Positions 1 through 8,007 of a DNA stretch of 61,310 bases are shown piece by piece. How positions within the stretch are numbered: the first letter of the stretch is position 1; the number at the start of each line of letters is the position of its first letter. The notes beneath the pieces were generated by a model that searched no databases, had not been told where the DNA came from, and saw only the letters and a program-made list of their open reading frames with translations. The position numbers and the translations under genes are program-made. This stretch comes from Methanobrevibacter sp. (GTDB lineage: Archaea > Methanobacteriota > Methanobacteria > Methanobacteriales > Methanobacteriaceae), in contig NZ_JBGVOG010000020.1 of the NCBI RefSeq assembly GCF_045126245.1, positions 1 through 61,310 on the forward strand, read 5' to 3'.

Positions 1-108
1 GAAGTGACTGCAGAGGTACTTACTGAATGTCTTCCGCGTTTTGACTTCAGTGAATTTGAGGTGCCAACACCTCCTGAAAATAACCAAACAGCAATTGCAA
101 TAAGTTAA
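1..108 (+). CDS. 3' end of a CDS truncated by the window edge (EVTAEVLTECLPRFDFSEFEVPTPPENNQTAIAIS*)
   Basis: Frame 1 is open from base 1 to TAA at 106-108, followed by hairpin TTAAGAT/ATCTTAA (105-122) and a T-tract. Confidence 0.6.
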   Translation, partial: EVTAEVLTECLPRFDFSEFEVPTPPENNQTAIAIS

Positions 109-176
109 GATTAACATCTTAATTTATTTTCTTTTTTTAAAACAGGAAAAGTGAACACAAAAAATAAAAAATATAA

Positions 177-434
177 TTATGGATTGCATGCCTCATCGGC
201 AGCACCCATGACAACGCTGATTTCATCCCCAATATTTATTTCTGATATCTTTTTTGGAGATTCATTTTTAGCATTATAGTAAGCTTGAGCAAAATTCATA
301 GTTATATAGAATACTTCCTTAAAATCCAGAATGAAGTCATCACCATCGATTTTATTTAAAATATCGATTAACTCCACTGCAATTTCACTAGTCTCTAAAT
401 TATTGCCAAATTCAGCACCAACATTAATCAGCAT
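177..434 (-). CDS. Small hypothetical protein, possibly STAS-like (DUF4325-type)
   Basis: 85 aa; GGTG RBS upstream; FILDFKEVFYITMNFAQAY resembles the STAS LDF..V..I...F segment. Confidence 0.6.
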   Translation of the reverse strand: MLINVGAEFGNNLETSEIAVELIDILNKIDGDDFILDFKEVFYITMNFAQAYYNAKNESPKKISEINIGDEISVVMGAADEACNP

Positions 435-485
435 ATTTACACCTAAGATAATATTTAAAATTCATTATTAATATAATTAGATTAT

Positions 486-653
486 ATGAAAACTTGTCCA
501 AAATGCAAAAGATTATTGAAAAAGGTATTTCACGGCGAACCGGCAGATGAATTGGCTATCGAATCATTGAACGGTGAAATAATCCTAGGCAACTGTTGTG
601 AAAGCGAGTATAATTATTATTGTGAATATTGTGATGAGTTTTTCCGATTATAA
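486..653 (+). CDS. Small Cys-rich zinc-ribbon protein, 55 aa (not in ORF track)
   Basis: Translated by hand: MKTCPKCKRLLKKVFHGEPADELAIESLNGEIILGNCCESEYNYYCEYCDEFFRL*; CxxC at each end. Confidence 0.7.
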   Translation: MKTCPKCKRLLKKVFHGEPADELAIESLNGEIILGNCCESEYNYYCEYCDEFFRL

Positions 654-974
654 ACCTAACATGTCCTTATCAGGATTAGCATTTTTAAACAAATTAATTT
701 TAACATCCCTTTTCCAGGTAAACTTAAGCAAACCGGCGTGAATTATTTTCAAATCCTCATCTGAAAAGCCGTCCAAATAGTATATTTTACCCCTCTTTCC
801 CACATTCATCATGAATCTAATCAGATGCCTATGCACCATGACTGAAAAAGGCTTATATACAATTATATCATCAGTGATATATTCCAACAGCATTTCAAGT
901 TCAAAAACATCGGGAGCAATCACCTCAACATCACAATTTGGAAATTTTTCCAGAATAACTTCTTCGTAATCCAA
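648..974 (-). CDS. Hypothetical protein, 108 aa
   Basis: The track ORF 648-1193 overlaps MATE; a more plausible start is TTG at 974 just after a GGTGAT RBS (MDYEEVILEKFPN...). Confidence 0.55.
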   Translation of the reverse strand: MDYEEVILEKFPNCDVEVIAPDVFELEMLLEYITDDIIVYKPFSVMVHRHLIRFMMNVGKRGKIYYLDGFSDEDLKIIHAGLLKFTWKRDVKINLFKNANPDKDMLGL

Positions 975-1017
975 ATCATCACCATTAATAAATATTAGAT
1001 TAACCAATATTAAAATT

Positions 1018-2382
1018 ATGGCTAATAAAAATGTGGAGTTGATGAGGGGAGAACCTGAGAAAGCTGTCAAAAAATTAGCTATCCCAATCATGATTTCAAT
1101 GATTCTTACCGCATTGTACAACATCGTTGACGGTATTTGGGTAGCAGGTCTGGGACCGACAGCCATTGCAGGAATTGGATTTGTAACACCCATATTTATG
1201 GTGTTGAACGGCGCAAGCGTAGGGCTTGGAAATGGTGCTACAAGCAGTATTTCAAGATTTATCGGAGCGAAAAATCATGAAATGGCGAATAAATCTGCAA
1301 CACAGTCGTTATTTATCTTTTTAATTGCTTCAATTATTTTAACAATAATCTTTATTATAATACAGGAGCCTCTGCTTAGAAGCTATGGTGCGACAGGACA
1401 AACTCTAAAGGAAGCTGTGGCTTATGCAACACCCCTATTTTTAGGTTTAATTGCATTTATGTATTCAAATGGTTGCAGCGGTATCCTTCGTGGGGAAGGA
1501 GATATGAAAAGGGCAATGTATGTCGTTGTTGCAACCGTGATTTTAAATGCATCACTTGATCCTATATTCATCTACATCATGGGCTTCGGTTCAGCGGGAG
1601 CATCCCTTGCAACAATTGTAAGCTCAGCTATTGCAGCCATAATAATGTTGTACTGGATTTTAATTAAAAAAGATACTTATGTCAATGTCACTCTTAAAAA
1701 TTTCAAGTTTGACTCAAAACTTACAAAAGACATTCTTAAAGTGGGAATTCCATCCGCACTTGACATGTTGATAATGGCAATTGCAATGTCAATATATCTG
1801 ATTTTGATTTCACGGGTCGGAGGAGACTATGGAATTGCAACCTTCACAACCGGCCAGAGATTATATCTATTTGCAATAATGCCGCTTACAGCAATCGGGT
1901 CTGCAGTTATTGCAGTATCGGGAAGTGCATTTGGTGCTAAAAATGGAGATTACCTTTCAAGAACACACAAATACGGTGCAAAATGCGGATTGGCCTTAGG
2001 AGCCGTACTGAGTTTAATTTTAGTAGTATTTGCCACACCACTAGCTACAGTCTTCGCATATACTCCAGAAACCGCAAGTTTAGTTCCGGGAATTGCACAG
2101 TACCTTCAAATTGTATGTCCTGCTTTGATTTTAACAGGTATCGGACTCCCATCAAGCTTTTTCTATCAGGGCATCGGAAAGGGAACATACAGCCTAATGT
2201 TTACAATATTAAGGGAAATTATCTTTGTAGTTCCATTGATGCTGGTGTTCGTATTTGTACTGAACTGGGGTTTGGTCGGTATTTGGCTAGGTTTATGTAT
2301 CGGAAGGGCCATAGCAAGTATCATTAACTATGTATTTGCCAGATACGAAATCAAAAGAACAAGAGCCAAATTTGGAAATTAA
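1018..2382 (+). CDS. MATE family efflux transporter
   Basis: 454 aa, about 12 TM; LAIPIMISM, YNIVDGIWV, ILRGEGD, LDPIFI motifs. Confidence 0.95.
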   Translation: MANKNVELMRGEPEKAVKKLAIPIMISMILTALYNIVDGIWVAGLGPTAIAGIGFVTPIFMVLNGASVGLGNGATSSISRFIGAKNHEMANKSATQSLFIFLIASIILTIIFIIIQEPLLRSYGATGQTLKEAVAYATPLFLGLIAFMYSNGCSGILRGEGDMKRAMYVVVATVILNASLDPIFIYIMGFGSAGASLATIVSSAIAAIIMLYWILIKKDTYVNVTLKNFKFDSKLTKDILKVGIPSALDMLIMAIAMSIYLILISRVGGDYGIATFTTGQRLYLFAIMPLTAIGSAVIAVSGSAFGAKNGDYLSRTHKYGAKCGLALGAVLSLILVVFATPLATVFAYTPETASLVPGIAQYLQIVCPALILTGIGLPSSFFYQGIGKGTYSLMFTILREIIFVVPLMLVFVFVLNWGLVGIWLGLCIGRAIASIINYVFARYEIKRTRAKFGN

Positions 2383-2415
2383 GAGTTGAACGCTCTTAAA
2401 CTTTTTTTATTTTTA
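2379..2415 (+). terminator. Hairpin plus T-tract terminator after MATE
   Basis: TTAAGAGT-tgaac-GCTCTTAA followed by CTTTTTTTATTTTT. Confidence 0.6.
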
Positions 2416-2543
2416 TAATTGATATTTACTTTAAACACTACAATATTGATTTAACCATCTTAAATTGCTTTAAAAAATAACATACTAATTTATAAGTCTT
2501 TAATTCATATATAAGTATTACAAATATAATACAGGCTAAAAAT

Positions 2544-3068
2544 ATGAATGAAAAAGATTTTAATATAAGAACAAAAGTTATACAAGAAACATTTAATGAT
2601 ATGAGAGCGATAAAATGCGCTACACCTGAAAACATTAGAAAAGTTGATGAAGACATTTATCCCGGCGGAGACATATTTACAACAGAAGACGGCGATTTTA
2701 TTGATTTGGAATTTCAGATGAATGACTTCAACGAGGACGAACTTGTAAAATATGTTGAATTGGCCGAATCGTTATACAAAAAACACCAAAGGCATGTTTC
2801 GATTTACATAATATGTCCAAAGGGAATTAACGTATGCGTAAAAGAATGTGAAATCAAATCAGAAGCTGATTTTACCATCAAACTGGCTTGCATCCAGGAA
2901 GATCCATGTAAACTAGTACTCAACGTGATTAAAGAAAAAGTAAAAAATGGGGATTTGCTTAACGGAGAGGACATGTTTGCCCTATCCATACTTCCGGTCA
3001 TGTGCAATCCAGAAGATAGAAATTATTATAGAAAAGAATATTTTAGGATAATAAATCAAATATCCTAA
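2544..3068 (+). CDS. Hypothetical protein with a PD-(D/E)XK/Rpn-like motif
   Basis: DIFTTEDGDFIDLEFQ resembles the D...hEhQ core of Rpn/PDDEXK_2-type nuclease folds. Confidence 0.55.
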   Translation: MNEKDFNIRTKVIQETFNDMRAIKCATPENIRKVDEDIYPGGDIFTTEDGDFIDLEFQMNDFNEDELVKYVELAESLYKKHQRHVSIYIICPKGINVCVKECEIKSEADFTIKLACIQEDPCKLVLNVIKEKVKNGDLLNGEDMFALSILPVMCNPEDRNYYRKEYFRIINQIS

Positions 3069-3069
3069 A

Positions 3070-4086
3070 TTACTTATTCCATTTTAAAATAGTTTTTCCG
3101 AATTTGGAGATATGGTCTGTGTCAAATGCTTCCTTCAGGTCATCCAGAGAATTTATCTCACATATGCCTGTGATTAATTTTTCTAGATATTCAAACAATT
3201 TGGGATTCTCTTTCAGGGTTTCTATAACCCCAATGAAATCCTGCCTATCTGACCTGCTGTTTCCTTGAATGGTCAAACCCTTCTCTAAAACCATACGGGT
3301 GTTGATTGGTATTGGGTATTCGCTGACCCCAAACAAGTTTATTGAACCTTGAGGGTTAATAATATCGATTATCTGGTCAATTGCAGTTTGAGATGCACTG
3401 GAACCGACACATTCAAAAGCATGGTCGACAACAAAATCATCAGGCACATTATGAATCTGATAAATTCCGTCTACAAATGTAAACAGATCCAAGTTTTCCA
3501 AATGTTTACCAAAAACAAACACTTCAGAATTAGGGAATTTTTCCTTTAAAAGAAGTGAAGTTATAAAACCCAAATTACCGTCTCCCCAAACACCGAGCTT
3601 ATCTTTTGGAGTGACAGCTATCTGGTTGAATCTCTCGATTCCCTGATAAGCTACCGTAATCAATTCAATGAATGCAGATACATTCAAATTAAAATCATCA
3701 GGTATCTTTACAACCCTATCAGAATCCAATTTGATCAAATCAGATGTGAATCCGTCGAAACCGCTTCCCCTGAATCTTGATTTGTATGAGTAGTTGGCCC
3801 TGCAGACATCATCTCCGCAAGGGGTGTTCGGAATCATTACAACCATGTCCCCAGAGGTGAAATTTCCTTCACTGTCAAACACCACTTCACCAACGCCTTC
3901 ATGGATTAATGCCATCGGCAATTTCTCCTCTAAAATTTCGGCAGGCCTTGAACCCTGATAGTACCTCTGGTCAGCCTGACAAATTGAAAGGTGGGTCGGC
4001 CTTACAACAACTCCATCCAATTCAATTTCATCAATCGATTCTTCAAAAAATTTTGGAGACTTTAATCTATAAACAATGTTAATCAT
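3070..4086 (-). CDS. tarJ: Ribulose-5-phosphate reductase / ribitol-5-phosphate dehydrogenase (TarJ-like)
   Basis: MINIVYRL..PK, ICQADQRYYQG, LPMALIHEG, GVWGDGNLG, VDHAFECVG, NTRMVLEKGL match Firmicute TarJ; ATG at 4086 overlaps the tarI stop. Confidence 0.85.
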   Translation of the reverse strand: MINIVYRLKSPKFFEESIDEIELDGVVVRPTHLSICQADQRYYQGSRPAEILEEKLPMALIHEGVGEVVFDSEGNFTSGDMVVMIPNTPCGDDVCRANYSYKSRFRGSGFDGFTSDLIKLDSDRVVKIPDDFNLNVSAFIELITVAYQGIERFNQIAVTPKDKLGVWGDGNLGFITSLLLKEKFPNSEVFVFGKHLENLDLFTFVDGIYQIHNVPDDFVVDHAFECVGSSASQTAIDQIIDIINPQGSINLFGVSEYPIPINTRMVLEKGLTIQGNSRSDRQDFIGVIETLKENPKLFEYLEKLITGICEINSLDDLKEAFDTDHISKFGKTILKWNK

Positions 4087-4789
4087 GAATATCCTCAAGT
4101 ATTGTATTTGCTAATTTTAAGTCATAAGGGTATGTAATTTTAATATTTGTCACTTCACCATCAACTAGATGTACATCCTCATCCTTAAGTGTGAAGATTT
4201 TGCATGCATCTGTAAGAATATTACTTTCCTCTTCTGTTAAACTGGTGATTAAGTTAAAAAGTTTCTTTATATTGAAGCTCTGTGGCGTTTGGCCTTGGTA
4301 ATAATAATCCCTCACAGGGATACTTTCTATAGTTTCACCATTAATGCTCTCGACAATGGTGTCCGTAGCCGGAACAACGGTATCACATGCCCCATATTTC
4401 CTTGCAGCCTTAATGTTATCTTCAATAATCCTATGGGTTACGAATGGACGCACTGAATCGTGTGTAACGATTATTGAGTCCTCATCGATTCCGAAATTTT
4501 CATCAATGTAGGAAATGCTGTTCATTATTGTATCATTTCTTGTCTGACCCCCTTCAATCACAACAACATTGTCGCAATTCGGAATATGTTCATCAATCAA
4601 GTGAATAGTATGGTTTATGAAATTTTTTGGTGTCAGGACAATGATTTTATCAATGTCTCTGTTGATTACAAATTTTTCGATTGTATGGACTATTACCGGT
4701 TTATTGCCCAGATTCAAAAATTGCTTAGGAGTATCTGTGCCTCCCATTCTTGATCCGATACCGCCTGCCAAAATAGCTGCAAAAATCAT
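4079..4789 (-). CDS. tarI: Ribitol-5-phosphate cytidylyltransferase (TarI/IspD family)
   Basis: AILAGGIGSRMG..PKQFL, HDSVRPF, YQGQTPQSF, NIKITYPYDL; coupled to tarJ. Confidence 0.85.
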   Translation of the reverse strand: MIFAAILAGGIGSRMGGTDTPKQFLNLGNKPVIVHTIEKFVINRDIDKIIVLTPKNFINHTIHLIDEHIPNCDNVVVIEGGQTRNDTIMNSISYIDENFGIDEDSIIVTHDSVRPFVTHRIIEDNIKAARKYGACDTVVPATDTIVESINGETIESIPVRDYYYQGQTPQSFNIKKLFNLITSLTEEESNILTDACKIFTLKDEDVHLVDGEVTNIKITYPYDLKLANTILEDIHD

Positions 4790-4794
4790 CTAAA

Positions 4795-5382
4795 TTACTC
4801 CTTTTTAAAAATTATCATATAATGGGATTTGCCGTTTGGATAATCCGCACCAAGTTCATCATTCAGATATACCTTTTCAAGACCATGTTTGGCAAACAAT
4901 TCACATAACCTTTCCGGAGAACTTTTAATGTCGACAGGAGGCCCGTGAGGAATTTCAATTGGGTTAAAATCAACGATTGCAATCTTACCGTCATCATTGA
5001 CTAATCTTTTAAGTTCATCGATAACCACATCTTCTTTTTGGGATGTCTTAAATCCATGGAACACATTAATCATCAATATAACATCAACGGATGAATCTTC
5101 AATCTCATGAATGCCTTCAGTAATGTCACCCACAATATTAAACAAATTTTCAACATCATTTTCATTTTTATATTCCTTTAAACCTTCCATGGACTCCTCA
5201 TGAATATCTACTGCATAAACAACACCTTCCGGAAGATATTTTTCAATTGCACTGATGGAAATGTAACCATCACCGCAACCGGCATCCATAAAAGTCTCAC
5301 TGCCTTCAAGATTCAATTCAATTAAAATTTCATCAGAATCTAAAAATTTTGCACTTGATTTCCCATGATGCTTATGGCCCAT
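4795..5382 (-). CDS. Class I SAM-dependent methyltransferase (paralog 1)
   Basis: FMDAGCGDG, VYAVDI, VDVILMINVFHGF; start placed at ATG 5382 after GGTGA (alternatives 5388, 5391). Confidence 0.85.
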   Translation of the reverse strand: MGHKHHGKSSAKFLDSDEILIELNLEGSETFMDAGCGDGYISISAIEKYLPEGVVYAVDIHEESMEGLKEYKNENDVENLFNIVGDITEGIHEIEDSSVDVILMINVFHGFKTSQKEDVVIDELKRLVNDDGKIAIVDFNPIEIPHGPPVDIKSSPERLCELFAKHGLEKVYLNDELGADYPNGKSHYMIIFKKE

Positions 5383-5469
5383 ATACATCACCCATATTTC
5401 TAAATAATAATCTTTAAAAAATACTATTTAAAAGTTTTAAAAAAAAGAAAAAATGTTTGAGTTAAAAAA

Positions 5470-6072
5470 TCATTCTTTTTCAAACATTATCAAATAATGA
5501 GATTTGCCTTCAGGAATATCCTCACCTATTTCCTCGTTTAAATAAGTCATCTTAAGACCGTGATTATTGAACAATTCTTCAAGGTCCTGAGGAGAACTTC
5601 TGACCGGTGTTGGGGGGCCTTTTGGCACATCCCATGCCTTGTAATCCATAATAGCTATTTTTCCATCATTTTTAACTATTCTGGCCAATTCATCCACAGC
5701 CTCATCCATTTTTCTTGAAGCCTTAAATCCATGAAATACATTGACCATCAAAACAACATCCACTGATGAGTCTTCAACACCCGGAATGCCCTCAGTAATG
5801 TCCGCTTCAATATTAATTAAATTTTCAACATCATTCTCTTGCTTATATTTTTCCATATCCTCAATAGAAGCATCATATATATCTACTGCATAAACAGTTC
5901 CCTTATGATTATAATCTTCAAGAACTTTGATTGCATTGTGACCGTCGCCACAACCGGCATCCATAAAAGTCTCGTCACCATTTAACTTCAACTCTTGAAT
6001 AATCTCATCAGAATCAAGGAAATGTGCACTTGAAAATCCATGAGCCCTATGTCCATTTGCGGGTAACATCAT
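5470..6072 (-). CDS. Class I SAM-dependent methyltransferase (paralog 2)
   Basis: FMDAGCGDG, VYAVDI, VDVVLMVNVFHGF; tandem paralog of 4795-5382. Confidence 0.85.
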   Translation of the reverse strand: MMLPANGHRAHGFSSAHFLDSDEIIQELKLNGDETFMDAGCGDGHNAIKVLEDYNHKGTVYAVDIYDASIEDMEKYKQENDVENLINIEADITEGIPGVEDSSVDVVLMVNVFHGFKASRKMDEAVDELARIVKNDGKIAIMDYKAWDVPKGPPTPVRSSPQDLEELFNNHGLKMTYLNEEIGEDIPEGKSHYLIMFEKE

Positions 6073-6185
6073 AATTTCACCTAAATTATAATCTTTAAAA
6101 AATAGTATTTAATAATTATCAATGTGATGTGATATGAATATCAGTTAAAAATAGTTAAAATAAATAAAAAAAAGTTATAAGAGGA

Positions 6186-6290
6186 TTATTTTTTCCAGGT
6201 TTGTTTTACTCCCCTTCCTCTTTTACTACCAGGTTTAGTATAACTTCTTTTTGGCCTGGTTCTTCTGTTAGTTCCTTTAACTTTAGCCAT
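6186..6290 (-). CDS. Very basic 34-aa small protein (not in ORF track)
   Basis: MAKVKGTNRRTRPKRSYTKPGSKRGRGVKQTWKK*; AGGAGGG RBS 6 nt upstream, TTATATATAA box at 6330-6339, T-tract downstream. Confidence 0.75.
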   Translation of the reverse strand: MAKVKGTNRRTRPKRSYTKPGSKRGRGVKQTWKK

Positions 6291-6378
6291 AATCTTCCCT
6301 CCTTAAAATCAATAATTATAAAATTAGAATTATATATAACATAAAAATATTTGTTTTCAACATATTTAAAGCTTTTCT

Positions 6379-7602
6379 TTAAGTGGTGTATTCAGCATTA
6401 ATTTTAACATAATCATAAGTTAAATCACAGCCCCATGCAGTAGCCTCACCATCACCCAAATCCATATCAATATTTACTGTGACGTTTTTGGATTGCATGA
6501 TTTTTTCAGCTCGCTCAAGGTATGGTGTGTCTTCAAATGCCAGGATTTCACCTTTTCTTACAAGGTCAACCTCATCTTCATCATCAGCTATGGCAATAGT
6601 GACAATGTCCGGATTTAAATCACATCCGGAATATCCGATTGCAGAAACAATTCTTCCCCAATTCGGATCGCCACCGAAAACGGCGGACTTGAATAAACTT
6701 GATGAAACAATTGATTTTGCCGCAAGTTTTGCATCTTCAAAATCTTTAGCTCCACATACATTAGCTTCGATGAATTTAGTGGCTCCTTCACCATCACGGG
6801 CCATTTTCTTAGCCAAATCTATGCACAAGTAATTTAAAGCATCCTGAAAATTAGAATCTATTTCCCCATTGCGGACAACTTCAACACCTGATGCTCCGTT
6901 GGCCATCATCAGGCAAGTATCATTGGTACTTTCATCACCATCGACAACAATCATGTTGAAGCTTATATCTGCAGCCTTCTTTAACGCCTTGTTAATGCTT
7001 TTGGCAGGAATAATCGCATCACTAACAATGAATGATAGCATTGTTCCCATATTTGGAGCAATCATTCCACTGCCTTTGGTAATTCCTGCAATTCTAACTG
7101 ATTCACCAGTGGTTAAAGTTACTTCAACGGCACATTCCTTTGGAAATGTATCGGTAGTCATGATTGCACGAGCGGCGGCAAGGGAATTTTCCGGCTTATT
7201 TCCAAGTTTGGAAATGGACTCATAAGCCACTTTCGAAATAATGTCAATCGGCATTTCACGGCCTATAACTCCTGTTGATGCTATAGCTATTTCATCTTTT
7301 GGTATTTCCAAATCACGGGAAACAAGTTCCACCAAAGTTTCACAGTCTTTGAAACCTTGACTTCCTGTAAAACAATTAGCATTTCCACTATTTACAAAAA
7401 CCGCAGATAAGAATCCGTTTTTTATAGCTTTTTTCGTATAGCTTACAGGAGCTGCAACAACCTTGTTTGATGTGAAAACCGCTGAAGCGGTACTGTTTGG
7501 AGATACGATAATAGTAACCCCATATTTGCCTTCACGTGCTCCGGATACTTCAAGATTTCCTATATTGGAAAATCCTCCATCAATATTTCTGATAAAATCC
7601 AT
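6379..7602 (-). CDS. argJ: Ornithine acetyltransferase / N-acetylglutamate synthase ArgJ
   Basis: NSGNANC, IMTTDT, KGSGMIAPNMGTML, VDGDESTND, DGEGATK, GDPNWGR, YVKINAEYTT. Confidence 0.97.
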   Translation of the reverse strand: MDFIRNIDGGFSNIGNLEVSGAREGKYGVTIIVSPNSTASAVFTSNKVVAAPVSYTKKAIKNGFLSAVFVNSGNANCFTGSQGFKDCETLVELVSRDLEIPKDEIAIASTGVIGREMPIDIISKVAYESISKLGNKPENSLAAARAIMTTDTFPKECAVEVTLTTGESVRIAGITKGSGMIAPNMGTMLSFIVSDAIIPAKSINKALKKAADISFNMIVVDGDESTNDTCLMMANGASGVEVVRNGEIDSNFQDALNYLCIDLAKKMARDGEGATKFIEANVCGAKDFEDAKLAAKSIVSSSLFKSAVFGGDPNWGRIVSAIGYSGCDLNPDIVTIAIADDEDEVDLVRKGEILAFEDTPYLERAEKIMQSKNVTVNIDMDLGDGEATAWGCDLTYDYVKINAEYTT

Positions 7603-7623
7603 AAAAATCACAAATAAAATAAA

Positions 7624-7986
7624 TCAATAATTTAAATTACCATTATAGGTAATATTATACTCTTCCCTATCGCTTATATTGTTATAATCAATGTAGTCCA
7701 TATCATAATCAAAATCAGTATGATTTTTGGTCAAATTATTGGTCATTTCCACAGTTACATTTTCAACATGAGGCCCATCATCTTCAGAACCGCCAAGAGC
7801 CATAGAAACACCAATACCTGCGCCAATAACAAATGCAACCAACACTAAAACTATGACAAACAATGTGGTCCTGCTGGATTTTCTAGGTTTGCGATGTTTG
7901 TTCATGCCCATTCTTTTAGTTTGTGGCGGAGGAGAGGTATACCTCGGTTTCAACACTCTTTTATCATTTTTCTTTCGTCTTCTCAT
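7624..7986 (-). CDS. Single-pass membrane protein with basic N-terminus and acidic C-terminus
   Basis: K/R-rich N-terminal segment, TM LFVIVLVLVAFVIGAGIGVSMAL, D/N/Y-rich tail. Confidence 0.7.
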   Translation of the reverse strand: MRRRKKNDKRVLKPRYTSPPPQTKRMGMNKHRKPRKSSRTTLFVIVLVLVAFVIGAGIGVSMALGGSEDDGPHVENVTVEMTNNLTKNHTDFDYDMDYIDYNNISDREEYNITYNGNLNY

Positions 7987-8007
7987 GATACTTCTCTTCT
8001 ATATCGA

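Noticed and set aside
975..1193. N-terminal extension of track ORF 648-1193
   Set aside because: It is antisense to the MATE gene; a better RBS-supported TTG start exists at 974.
4079..4789. ispD of the MEP pathway
   Set aside because: It is coupled to a TarJ-like reductase, and archaea use mevalonate-type isoprenoid synthesis.
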